NCBI GenBank assembly: GCA_964247055.1
Contig: OZ176052.1
Coordinates: 11,408,001-11,472,000, forward strand
Source: Paragordius varius
Lineage: Eukaryota; Animalia; Nematomorpha
Length of the DNA stretch: 64,000 bases
Direction of reading: 5' to 3'
Shown: one piece after another, positions 12,601-30,121 of the stretch
Layout: the number at the start of each line of letters is the position of its first letter
Position numbering within the stretch: the stretch's first letter is position 1
Made by a program: the position numbers and the translations under genes
Notes under the pieces: model-generated
What the model was told of the DNA's origin: nothing
Seen by the model: the letters and a program-made list of their open reading frames with translations, nothing else
Databases searched by the model: none

Positions 12601-15600
12601 TAAATATATGAATAGGGCATTTTTTAAATTAAGTCGAGAGTTTTTACCCAATAATAGCATTCTTAATATAGAGCTAAATGATCTTAAAAAATGAAAAATC
12701 TTTAACTTTTGAAATACTCACAGCAACATCCATGATTATACATTATGATTTGTAGCGCGAAACAATCGCATGATAAATATACCCAAACGTTTAAGGTCGC
12801 GCTCTAGAATATCAGCCAAAACCTTAGCTAAAAGGCTTCTAGAAACGCCAATAATTGAAACGGCTGTACTTGTAGATGAATTTTTGGTCAAAAGTTTAAG
12901 CCTTAAACTTGGACTCAATCAATCGTTTACGCGGATGGAAATCCGTGCAAAACTTGTCAAATTTATTTTGGCCATATATCAGGGGGTATGTCACCTATTA
13001 TTAAAACTATATCAGTAAAAAAAATTCCCAAACGCGAGGGAAAACTTGGGATCAAAAATTTTAAATTATAATAATCAAATGCAAAATATATAATTATAAA
13101 TTTATTATAGTAATTATTGAAAATTTTACAAAGAAAAGATAAAAACTAAAAGACAAATATTATTATTTCAAAAAACCTAACATTAAACCTCAATTTTTCA
13201 TATCTACATTTAGTTGTAAATAATAATATATCATTGATTGTGTTACCATTCAATGAGAGTTATATTTTAAAAAAACAAGTTAAAATAAAGTATGGTTGGT
13301 TGTCTTTTCAAAAAAAATTTGCCTTTTTCCGTTTTGTCTGTAAAATTATACTTTTTACTACATAAATAAAGTTTGGATTAAATTGAGCCCTCTCTTGCCG
13401 TATTGATAATTAAAATACAAATGATTATGATATGACCATATTTAAAAATCACCAAAAAATAAATTAACACCGTATAAATTTTAGGTGAATTATCTATATC
13501 AAGATCCCTCCTTGGTTAAACCCATAAGAATACAAGTGACGCATTTATTCCTGTTTATGAAAAATCCAGTTAGTAATATTTGATATACATAATGCAAATT
13601 TCGTAATGAAATTTATATTTGTGTTGTTAACATTAAAGGAAGGAATCCCAACAAGTATGAAGGATGCTGAAGTATTGCTTGAGACCGGGAACATTTATTT
13701 TGTAAAATCTCGTATTCAGCATTCAAATGTAAATTGGGACACTCTTTCCTGGATAACTGGGTATACAATTTACTGTTTGCGTCTTTATATAATTTTTTGG
13801 CTTCCAATGTAGGATTTATTGACATTTTAAAACGGTTTTTTATGCGTAAGAGGAATTCTGACAATTATATTTATAAGGGTTAAATCTTCTAATTCATATG
13901 TCATAAAACAAAAGTCTTGACTTGCTTATTTTTATTAATTTAAATCTTCAAAAATATTTGGAGTATAATTTTTTTTATAAAAAATGAATATGCATGAAAC
14001 AATTGATGATAAGGATTATAAGAATATTCTGGTCTTACCCGGAAGTTTTTATGATAGACTTATTAATAGCCAATTTATGCCATAATATAAATAATTTAAT
14101 AAAAATTATTTATTTTAGACAAAATCTGTATTCAATTAGAATGGATGGCAGTATTGATTATTCTACCCAAGGTTCATATATATTTAGTAAATTAAATCTA
14201 AGGTTTATCATATTTTGGTAAAACAATTTGTCACCCGTTGTTATCTGCCAGCATTGTTGAAATGAAGTGGGGATTTGCTTCAATCCCTTTTATAGCTCAT
14301 GAGATTGGACACAAGTAAAACCATATTCTTTTTAAATCAAACTATCGATTTTTTGATATTTCACTGATAAAACTAATGTATTTAGCGTTAAATACGGATC
14401 CTACCGCCCAAAATGTATGCATAACCAAAATCAATTAATTGATACCACTTGTAACAATCAAAACTAACCAAATATTTGCTATGTTGATGCTCTCTAAAGG
14501 GCTACAAATTTCTATATTAAATTTAAACCATTATTAGATTGTATTTGACTGTATCACATGATACACATATGTTTACAAGTTTTTGACTGGTTTATAAAAG
14601 GGATCACGGTCCGAATTATGTAGACCCAACAATAGGTGACAAAAATAAAATATTTAATCTTTAAACAGCTTAAATTTTGATCATGACCAAGATCGACATT
14701 GCGGGCGTGGATACATAATGTCGGCATATGTTGAAAACGCTGTGAAACAATGGTCGTCCTGCACTAAAAAAGATTGGATGTCATTTTTTAAGTATTTTAT
14801 ATTTTATTTCTGTTTGACTTAGATTATTTGTAAATAACGATTGGTAGGATACACTACTAGTTAAATCATGTAGGTCTATAAAATGGAACTAAAAAAAAGT
14901 TATTTAGAACCGTTTTATTTTGGATGAATTATTTGATGTTTCAAGTTATTGTTAAACCAGTAAAACTGATTTAATATGAAACGTGCATTCTAAGAGATCT
15001 AAATACAAATGTAAAATATTAATTTAGAACATTTTTATCGTTATGAAACAGTTTCAAATATACAAATTAATGGAAATCTTCGCTTAATAAACAGGCATTG
15101 AGGAATGATACACTCAAATTTAAATTAAAAAAAAATAGGACCTCCTAATTAAAAAATTAAAATTATAATATAAAATTAATTTGTTAAATGAGCATTTTAA
15201 AAGTCCATTAATAGGGGGAAGAGCTACTTGTAAAGAATTAAACAAGGCTTATGATAGAAATATATGTGGTTTTTATCATAAAAAACGATTTTCCTATTAA
15301 ACCATAAAATTGCATGTGGTATGTTATCGCTAAATGCACTCGTTCTAAACAATTTTTTTAGTAGTTGAAATCTTATCTAGCATGTCCAACTTAATGTGAG
15401 ATGATTAATTTCCATAAATATAATTGATGGGGTATCTATGTCCTTTTTAAGACGCCATAAAATGAATATGAATAAGTGTATAAGCATAAATGTAATCGGA
15501 ACACTTGTAATGATAGCCTGCACAGTTTTTCTACTTTTACACATTATATTCATATAAAAAATGCAAAATAGAGACGCTGAATTCGATTGTTTGTTTAATC

Positions 15601-17528
15601 AAAATCGATTAACATCCATTAAACACAAATTTGAATCGTTAAGTTTACCGGGTCAACGCATCAAACTCGATAAACAATGTGAAAAGAGTTATGCTAACCA
15701 AAGTGTATGGGATGATACTCAACCGCTCGAGGTTCAAAATTAAAATTTTATCAATAGGTCTATTCCAATCTCTCAAAACTAAGAATGTTTTTGATAAATA
15801 AATTTAATTTTTCCCATAAATAGGCTATATGCCGAGCTTTGAGGTGCAAAAATGGTTCAGTTCTGCAATTCCCAGCCTTAGAGGGTACGCCATGTGGAGA
15901 AAATAAAGTTTTGTAATTTTACATTACATTATCGGGGGGAGGGGAATCTAAATATTTCATATATTAGGCTGATAATATGTTTGTGTAAAAATAGATATGC
16001 CGGTTCCATCGCTGTGTTCGCGCCATAAACATTACCAAAAAAGATATTGATATCCAAACCAATGATATAAATGGTAAAGCTCAATCTAACAAGATTACAC
16101 CAGAACCTTACGAAACGTTTGTTCACGATTTCGCAGACCTCATAAAGACAATAAAAATATTAATAAATCCAAAGGATAAAGACGAAACAGATGAAGGACC
16201 AATAACAAGGTTTGTCCTTCGTCAAAGTGATAAAACATCATGGAAAACAACCGGGTTTTGTGAGGATAATCAATTTTCAGAAGGTATTAGGGCGATAAGG
16301 TATAATAATATAGTATACTTGCTTACATATAGTTTATTGCTTTTTAATGAATTAAATTAACTTAAATGAATTTACAGATTATTTTATCTTTCTTACTCAT
16401 TATAAATGTGTTTTTCTTTTGAAATGGTTATTCATATTTATTGTTTTTAGAATAGTTGAGCGGGGGATACGTCGTTATAAAAGGATATATATTGCCTGTC
16501 CTACATCAAAACGCACTAAAGTAATCTAATTAATATATTTTAGCTGAAAAAACATGCACAATTCAAGAGGCAAAAAATTTAATTTACATTTTAACTAAGA
16601 ATATATTGCTTTTTATGACTTCCTAAGAGTTTTTATAATAACAAGATACTACTTTTAAATAGCAAAAATCTATATATGCCTCTATCATAATGATTATAAA
16701 ATACACAATGACCTATTTGAACTCCATATGGAATTTTAATTTTTAGATATGGAATCTCAAAGTTTCAAATTCTTTCGCCCTTTTATGGGCTTGTTCGATT
16801 AAAATAAACGCGAAAATGCCGTTGCGCGATAAAAATTGTAAATAATGTGGCAAATTTGCTGAAGAGTACTTCTTACTATTTTGAGGCAAGATGGAAACGG
16901 TATAAATACGCTTTACGCTATTATAAAAACTTTTTTTAATCGATTATGATTCACCATTCTATCATCTCAGAATTTTGTTTATTAGATCAATACATCAAAA
17001 AAAAATTTGTGTTTTTTACGGAAATAATTCCAAATATAAAAGCAAACAATTTTTAAATTGAAATTCTGAGGTGATATAAATGTTCAGCATCATCAAATTA
17101 TATAGTAAAAGTGTTTTATATTATCTTAATGCGTTTAAAACAGTTCCCATTATGCCTCAAAAAGTATGAAGCACATTTTGATATAAACTAAAAATATTTT
17201 TAAAAAAATGCTGACTTTTTGTAAAGTTTAATTTTTAGCAAAATTTTGCTAGCATATATTTTTATTTTTCGCGTTTTTAAAAGCCCATTTTAGAAGAGAG
17301 AAAAAATTTGTACTTTCAGACACCACATCTTATTGTTTTGCCTTTATCTGTAGTTATGATATATTTTAGAGATATTTTTGGAATGAAGCATTTGGCTTTC
17401 ACCAAAAAAATATTATTAAACAAAAATGTAATCAAATTTGGTCATTTTTTAATATAGAGCAGGTACCATAAAAGTTTAAATCGTAAAAGGCAAAACTAAA
17501 AGCACCATTCTGACACATTTTCCTATCA

Positions 17529-17567
<39 letters not shown>

Positions 17568-18352
17568 TCAGGGTATTTTTTGTCGATTTTGTAATTAAAA
17601 TGTCGAATGAAAATCATTAAATGAAAAGTCAGAAATAAATTGGAACCGATTTGGGAACCGTTGAATTTTTAAGGAAACAACCCGGTTCCTGGTTTAAACA
17701 TCCAAGAACCATTTTGCACTTTTTTCGAACCTTTTTTTATTTTATTGATATATGCCATAATTGGACAGAAAAGAAAACATACCTTAATGATTGATTTTTC
17801 TCTGATAAAAATAATTTTATATTTGCATATAAAGCAACAAAATTTACGACAAAGGCTTCGCATGAATGCCAAATCGTATGCCCAAACAATGTGTAAATGG
17901 TTACGCAATAGACAATCCTTGTACCAATTAACTGGTCGTGCTGTTACCATTCAACCAAATGATATAAAAGGTTTGTCATCTTTTATAAAAAATTAATTAT
18001 ATATTTTAAATTGTCTTTAAATTATTTTTTCATTGTTTTAATAATTAGCGAATCCCAGGATTCGTACTTGCAATATATATTGTGAGCTAAAACGTGGCCG
18101 TTCCCCTCAAAGAAGTATTTCACTCAAGTATATGTCTTTACCAGACGGCACCCCATGTCCTAGTCTAAATCAAAAGCAACCTTATTATTGTTTCGAAGGC
18201 CGATGCACAAAAATGGTATATAATTTATATACATAATTCAATATGAATTCATAATATAATTAATTATTTAGCAAATGGTGCAAGAAAAACGGCTAGGAAA
18301 ATATTTGGAAATGGCATCGAAACAGGATATAACCCTCATCAAACTCAATTAA
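9675..18352 (+). CDS. ADAMTS-like secreted zinc metalloprotease (M12B prodomain, reprolysin domain, disintegrin-like and cysteine-rich modules); 5' end uncertain
   Basis: Phase-consistent exons encode the prodomain (CIYNGFLL..NKCS, FWTIEP), a cysteine switch (PKCGV), basic cleavage sites (RLRSRSR, LAKR), IETAVLVD, VNYLYQDPSL, the zinc motif HEIGH|NLNFDHD split by intron 14315-14668, the Met-turn (GYIMS) and WSSC. Then DCLFN..LPGQRIKLDKQC, CRALRC..ALEGTPCGENK and CNIYC..LPDGTPC..YCFEGRC, with a stop at 18352. No signal-peptide exon was securely found. Confidence 0.85.
11746..11935. mobile_element. Tc1-like MITE family A, degenerate copy (in ADAMTS-like intron)
   Basis: Arms AGTAAAAATGAAATTATATAGACAAAACGTAAAA and TTTTACATTTTGTCGGTATAATTTC match family A. 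Confidence 0.5.
13108..13361. mobile_element. Tc1-like MITE family A, degenerate copy
   Basis: The right arm CGTTTTGTCTGTAAAATTATACTTTTTACT and the internal ATGGTTGGTTGTCTTT motif are shared with the copy at 28542-28813. Confidence 0.5.
16745..17530. mobile_element. Long-TIR palindromic element family B, degenerate copy
   Basis: Shares GGGCTTGTTC..AAAATGCCG.TTGCGCGATAAA, TTTAGCAAAATTTTGCTA and AAAAGCACCAT..CTGA.ACATTTTCCTATCAG with the copy at 30119-31095. Ends against a (TA)n tract. Confidence 0.55.
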
Positions 18353-18569
18353 ATTTTATATATGACCTACCTATATATCTTATTTATTGTTAATAATTTA
18401 GTAAATGCGTTGTTGTCCACAAAGAAAATTTCTCTTAGTTATGAATATCATCTCATATATTTTAACGAATAATACTTTTTGGGTTCCGGATTCAATTTTA
18501 GCGACTGGTAAAACGTGTCGTAATCATTATAAAAATACTAGTTATGTATTTTTTATTCTATACCATTTA

Positions 18570-18815
18570 CAATTTAAATTAACCCTCGAACAATTCAAAT
18601 TCCCCCTTAATTCAAATTCAGCCAAAAAATGAATTATATGTTTTCGGGCTAATATAACTCATTAATATAAAATACATCTTAATGGCATAGTTTATTATTT
18701 TTTGAGTATTATTTTAGTTTTAAACAAAATTTCATTTTTTTTAAAAAAATATAGGAAAATATAGGTAATTTTTAATCTTAAAAAACACTTGATTTATTTT
18801 AATGAATTTGAGCTG
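18570..18815. mobile_element. TA-flanked MITE (family C, copy 2)
   Basis: Ends read TA|CAATTTAAATTAACCCTCGAACAATTCAAATTC ... ATGAATTTGAGCTG|TA. Homologous to 5497-5729. Confidence 0.5.
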
Positions 18816-18986
18816 TAATGGTAAAGCATAAACATATATTAAAGATAAAATATCAATGCAAATTAAAAAATTTCGAATATAAATAATTATAGACTACATA
18901 GTAATTTATTTGCAATATGTACACAAATTTACATTTTTATCCAAAAGATATTATATATAAAATATTTGACTATACTTTGAATTTGG

Positions 18987-20356
18987 TTAAAGGAAGTCGC
19001 AATAATATGTCACATATTTATAATGACTAAAGAAAATCTAATAAAAATTAATGATAATACATGTTTGGAAAACGATAAAAAAGTATCCCAGAGTAGAGTG
19101 AAGGCGTTGACATACAAAACGCGATAAGTATTTGGTATATATCGAAAATTAACAAGTTGAACAGGGGGCCATAATATACAATCCATCTATTAAAAGAAAA
19201 AACATCATTGTAAGTTTTGAGTAACATATAATATATTTAACAAAAAAATGCCAAGGAGAGTGATTGATTACATAAAATTTATTCATAGAATAATAGTTAT
19301 CAAACTGAGTACTTTGGATAAATTCTAATATTATAAATGGCGAAAAAAAGAAAATAAAATTTAAAATTTTATTGGAAAGTTTATCGATACTATAAATTAT
19401 TTCTTTGGAGTATATATTTTTATATTATTGCAATCAAAAAATTTTAGACGTAAAGGTTGTATGAAAATATTTATTAATCAAGAAAAAATCACCCAATGAC
19501 TTTGTAATTATGTATAGAGACAAATAAATTAAGCGTTATTTCTATTTTGTAAAAGTTTATGGTAATAATTCACCGTTTCTAATAAAATTAAACATTATAA
19601 AATTAATAACAAAGTACCGTATAAATGATGGGAAATTTTTGAACAAATTCATTTTTAATACTTAGTAAACTTTTGCCTTCCAGTGTACCCATGCCTATAT
19701 AATTAAAACCTATTAATATTTATTAACTTATTTATGTATGTAATGCGTTTAAACAATGGTTAAAATATCAAAAATAAATAAATTTTAATCAATCAGTTGT
19801 TTAATATAAAAGTTTTGAAACAGGACCTCGACTTGAATTACTCGGTTTTTGAGATTAAACTGTTGCTTTTAAACTTTAATATAAAAAAATGAATGATATG
19901 AAATTTTATTTAACAAATCGCTTATATATAAATAATCGAATCTTTTAAAACTTATAAAATATAGGCCGATATCAACGAAAACAAATATAATATTTATAAC
20001 AATGATATAATTAATTACCAACAAAAAAAATAAGACAGAATATAGGAGCAGCAAGTATCTGATCGGCTAAAATTTTTCTGATTATAACTCTTTGTGTGGT
20101 TCCAGGCAAATATTTATCCAAGTTTGTATACCATAAATGTCCTATTGGTCCCAAAATTAATCCAACAGTCATCATTCTGCCTAAATATTTTATATATCAT
20201 ATTTAAAACCTGTTCTCTTGGAATCATATACATGTTTTTCCAACTTTTGTTCAATAATATCGCCAGTCGATAATAAAAGACCGCACGAAACGGAATTCGT
20301 AACAAATAAATATTTGTTGAATAGATTATATTTAATTCGTTTCAACATCAAACCAT
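18987..20356 (-). CDS. MPV17L2: Mpv17/PMP22 family mitochondrial inner-membrane protein, most like MPV17L2
   Basis: Spliced translation: MVLMLKRIKYNLFNKYLFVTNSVSCGLLLSTGDIIEQKLE..RTG|RMMTVGLILGPIGHLWYTNLDKYLPG..KILADQILAAP..|GMGTLEGKS..QKFPIIYT|MDCILWPPVQLVNFRYIPNTYRVLYVNAFTLLWDTFLSFSKH. The exact stop is uncertain (18987 or about 19007). This gene is missing from the ORF track. Confidence 0.9.
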
Positions 20357-20448
20357 TTTTAGGTAATCATTGAGTATTTTAAAAAATATTCGTATGATGG
20401 TTCCTAGTGGATTGTCTAAAAACGCATGCACCATAAATAGCACATGTT
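20357..20448. promoter_or_regulatory. Inferred bidirectional promoter between MPV17L2 and ATP synthase beta (92 bp between start codons)
   Basis: Divergent ATGs at 20356 (-) and 20449 (+). Confidence 0.6.
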
Positions 20449-25257
<4,809 letters not shown>

Positions 25258-25469
25258 ATGGAATTTTAGTTTTTCATACAGCATAAATTCTGCCACCTAA
25301 TATAATTTTGACAAACAAATAGATATTTGTGATTTTTCTATACTTTTTATTTTTATACGCTTGTCCCTGGATTCGTTTATAAATAATTAAATAACGCATG
25401 TACGTTCTCTATCAATTATAAATTATGGAAATAAATGTGCATTTAGTTTATGTGATCTGAAAATTATTT

Positions 25470-26700
25470 TGATGTTGATTGGGCCTGTATAAGGTTGAAA
25501 ATCTATTTTTGGCGTTTAATGAATCAGGGTTTCTTAAACTATGGGTCGCGTTTAACAAAAAATGTTTTTTTAACTTGTAAAATTATTAATATAAAGATAA
25601 ATAACAATCATCGTAATCATAAAATCTTCTGGTTCGGAAGGACTGTTTATATCAGCATTTCTATTCCGATCATTATAATCTATATATTTATAAAAATGGA
25701 TAAGGCTGGCTTTGTGATCTTTTTCCGGAAAACCGTTAGACCCATTCAAATCCAAATGTCAAAAAAATATACATTAATGAATGCCCCGACAATAGCTTGG
25801 CTCTTTTTTGAATTAGGCTCCCAGTTCGGACCCACCCCGTGTAAAAAACGGGTTTTTTGAAAAAAAAGTCCAAAAAAAACGTGTCTTTGAGACAATTATC
25901 CGGAAAACGTATTGTACCTTTTGATTTCAAATATGATTATTTTTACTTTTTTTCGATTGCGCCGAACCTAGTCGGCTTACCTTTTTAATTTAGGCTCTCT
26001 TTTTACCCGTTCCCCCTTAAAAGGCCATTTTTCAAAATCTAATAATTTTTTGTCCGGTGAGACCGTTAAAATTCACTGAGGATTCGAGTATTTTCTGTTA
26101 AAAGGCAAAAATTTTAATCTTTTTTTAATAATGGCTGCTGGGTAAACAGATAGCCGCTAAAATTGCGCCAATATATAGATATTGCATTGTTTTGGAGATA
26201 ATTTACAGAAAATTTATGAAGCCATATGAGCTCATTAAAAGCTCGAAATATTACCCGTAACTAGGTAAAAATTAAGTTCGGTTTTTTTATAAGCCCTTAA
26301 TTTGGGGCCTTTATGCCCTAAAACGCCATCATATAACGATTATTTAGTGTTGAGGTATTTTTTCGAATAACCCATGAGACGATGGCATCAAAGATGATTC
26401 CAAATATTTGCCCTATAAAGGCAAAGAATTTAACTCAGCGCTTCTTCCATGTAGGTCTATGGGTGGGGTCTACCGGTTTAAAACTGAGACGCCATACAAA
26501 ATAGGCGTAGTTTTGGAGCTTATTTTCAAAAAACTTAAGAAGCCATACCAGTTCAATTAAACACATTTTTAGGAGTTTTTGTATAATATCCTTCTTTCTT
26601 TTAAAAAGGGACCACAAATGATTTACTTTTTATATCCCTTGATCCCAGGTGTATGAACACAATTTCAAATTAGAACTTTTAACCATGATTTCGTAAAACG
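25470..26700. repeat. GC-richer non-coding segment, probably non-autonomous transposon debris (family unresolved)
   Basis: No consistent spliced ORF. GACCCACCCCGTG|TA at about 25831-25845 resembles a Tc1-type terminus, but no matching opposite end was found. Confidence 0.3.
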
Positions 26701-27814
26701 AAAATATTAAAATATATCCAATGATAGTTGAATATTATCTTTAATATGGGACAGATTAAATATGGTCAATTTCGAGTAAACAATATTTAAGCCTATGCAA
26801 AAACCCGTAAAAGAATAATTGAAGACATTCTTTTTATTAAATATGTTTATTATTATTTTTTGATCTCCATTAACTCTATTTATTGCAAATTATTAATAAT
26901 ATCTATCGGTGAAACTACCACACCGAAACGTGACAGGGCCAGCTGGTATCTTGTATAAATTTACTATGAATCAGAAAATGTTATAAACATTATAAAAAAT
27001 GTAGATTTATTTTTGTCAATCTCTCAAAACTGAAATAATCCTGATAAAAATTATCAACAAAATTTCTAAGTGTTATTTCGAAGAAACTATTATTTTTCTT
27101 TTATATTTGTTGGAGTAGTTTAGAAACTCGCAATCATAAATGGGGTCGGGAACTACAAAAGTTTAAGAAGCCCTGATATAAATCATTGGTCGTAACTGAA
27201 TTTTAAACGTCGTCTGGGTAAAATAACTAAAGCAGTAAATTCAATATCTAAGTTTAAATTTGGCAAATCGTATAAGAACATTCGTATCCTATTATTTACA
27301 TCAAGTGTGAAGCAACATGAACAAAACTTTTTATACAAAAAACAAAAACCTTAAAATAGGCAGATGCTTAACTATTTTACAGTCATTTAAACTTTTTACG
27401 CCTAATTATTTTTGATTCTGTTTCAAAACTGTAAATAACTCTTTTATAACTGTCATATTTAACATTTGATTGGTTTTGAATCCTTAAATTAAGGGACGTC
27501 TTTTAATGCAAAATTGTAAACTATTTAAATGAATTATAAAAGTAAAAGCTTATTGATATAAATATTTTTATGTTAAACTGGAAACAATTCAATTTTCACA
27601 TCAAATTAACGCCCTAAGAATTTATATCCAATCGTAAAACAAAGTATTGATTTAGTCGGGTGTGTAAATAATGTGATTCAATGGAATTAACAAATAGACT
27701 CTATTTAAAATGTGGCTTGACCACAATACATGTATTAAAACAATATACATATACTTTGGCTATAAATTAGTAAAATATTACGTGCGTTTTAAAATACATC
27801 CATAAATATAAATA

Positions 27815-28075
27815 CAGTAAAAAATGAAATTATACGGACAAAACGTAAATATTACAAAAAAATTTTTTTCTAAAGACAACCATACTTTTCAAACCTCATT
27901 ACCTATTTAATTACAATTGAATGTAAAATTTGTTACCACAATATACATCTTTATACCTCATCCTACTTTGCAATTAAACAATGTAAAAATTCCAGTTTTA
28001 AAAAGCGAGTGGTCATTTGAAAAATAATATTGTATTGAAGTTTTTACATTTTGTCTGTATAATATTAATTAAAAT
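27815..28075. mobile_element. Tc1-like MITE family A copy
   Basis: TA|CAGTAAAAAATGAAATTATACGGACAAAACGTAA ... TTTTACATTTTGTCTGTATAAT. Confidence 0.6.
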
Positions 28076-28130
28076 AAAATATTGACGATAAATGCTACAG
28101 TGCTGGTTTAAATGCTAAAATAGAATAGAG

Positions 28131-30082
28131 TCATGTGGAAATAGAAGATTCTGGTGTTTTAGATGTATCACTATTGGCACGAGACGTATCTGGCACCTTA
28201 TTATTGAGATAATTGCTTTTCCCATTGCTAATGACCGATCTGTTATTCATTTTTCGATTTTTTCCATCACCTATAGTCGAGATTGTTGTTGTTAAAGAAC
28301 GCCGTTTCAACAAATTTGTAATCCCATTTTTGGCTTTGGAGTATGCAGACTTTGTACCAATAACTGAATCGCCAGTTCCAATCTTTCCTACATCATAAAT
28401 AAATTTGAACACAGATGCTGGGTTAAAAGGCACATGTGAATGATCTTAAGCAAATGCCGGCTTAAACTACAAGAGCTTGAATGTTTTATACTTAAAGTCA
28501 CCATTTTTGTGGCTTAAAAAGTTTCAGAGGCTTAAAACTTACAGTAAAAATTGAAATTATACAGACAAAACGTAAAAATATAAAGATAAAAATTGTTTTT
28601 TTACAACCATACTTTCTAATTTTTGCTATAAATAACATTTAATTGCAATCTTAAAATACATAATGGATTGTGTTACCAATTTACACTCTCTTTATTTTAT
28701 AGTTTGCAGTTTAAAACAATCAGTTATATTTAAAATAATCAAGATTTAAATATGGTTGGTTGTCTTTAAAAAAATTACTATTATGTTTTCCCGTATAATT
28801 TCAATTTTTACTGCAAAAAGTAAGAAGAAAATATGGTTTTTTAAATTGTTTTAAGTCGGTTAATTTAGATGGGGGGCAAATTTAAATAATCTGCTGAGAC
28901 CCAAAAATAGATATTAATTAATATCAAACATGTCCTTGACACAAAAGAGTAAAAATAACTTTTTCCTGCATTTTGAGACGAAGAGGAGGATGACCCGCGT
29001 CGATTAGAATTGGTCGAATTTGTGGCATTAAAATTGCTGGTGGATGTTGTTGTATTGGTTGTTATGTCATCCATAATAGTGTAGGAGCTATCCTCTTTAT
29101 TTCCCAAAAAGTTAGAGGTTTGTGATCCTTTATGGGGAATATTTTGAACGCTTGGTATAGTTTTAAGAGCATTATCGGAATTTGATTTTACAGTTGTGGG
29201 CAAATTTAGTTGACGATCAAATTTATCACTTAGTTTGGGAGTTGGGTTACTATCTTCTTCAGAGTTCTCTTCCGTAATTTTGGTCAATGAATGCGAATGA
29301 AACATGGCATGTGGACCAGGTTTTAAAGTTTTTCCATTGTCTTATTTACAAAAATATAAAATATTATAAATAAATCCAATTTTTGAAATATTATGCGAGA
29401 CATTTTAAGTTATGGATTAGGCTATTGATTGTAACCAGAACAGTTTTTGGCTCCGGTACCTGTCTCTTCCGGTTTCACATCCGAAAGAAATGTGTTTTTG
29501 GCCAATTCTTTTGGTTTAAAAACACTGAGTGCAGATCATTTTATAAATATGTGAATAGTCACAATACGCTAAAAATTTATGTTGCATTTCGCAAAAAATA
29601 TAACTTTGACTTAAATAATATAAATAGGCCTTGTATTAGAAATAGAATAAAACGAAAAACACAGTTTACAATTGCGATTCCGATTTCAAAAACGGTCATA
29701 GCGCATAATCCTGGTTGGGTCCCACAAAAACGGTGGTTCCAATTATTATTATTAGGGAATGATTCATTTTTTTTAATATAAATACTTTCATTGTTTTCAA
29801 TGGGCATATAATTAACAGTTATAGCTGGATATGTTATTGCAGTACTGCGTGAGACCTGACTAGCCAAAGCTGCCAAATGAGGTGCCATTACACCAGTTCC
29901 TGCATTCGCTGCGTTTTGGTGATGATGGAAAGCTTGGAGAGAAAATCTACGAGAATGGGTAGCTTTACGCCCACCTCTGCGTTTGGAGATGTGCGGGTTT
30001 TCTTTTCTCAAGTTTTTATTTTTCAGCAGTTGCAATTGTGAGTACACACGTTTTAGTTCACTCTAAGAATATATATGTAAAC

Positions 30083-30121
<39 letters not shown>

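Noticed and set aside
20088-20110. CTCTTTGTG(TG)G motif shared with about 48219, first taken for a promoter element
   Set aside because: The copy at 20090 lies inside an MPV17L2 coding exon.
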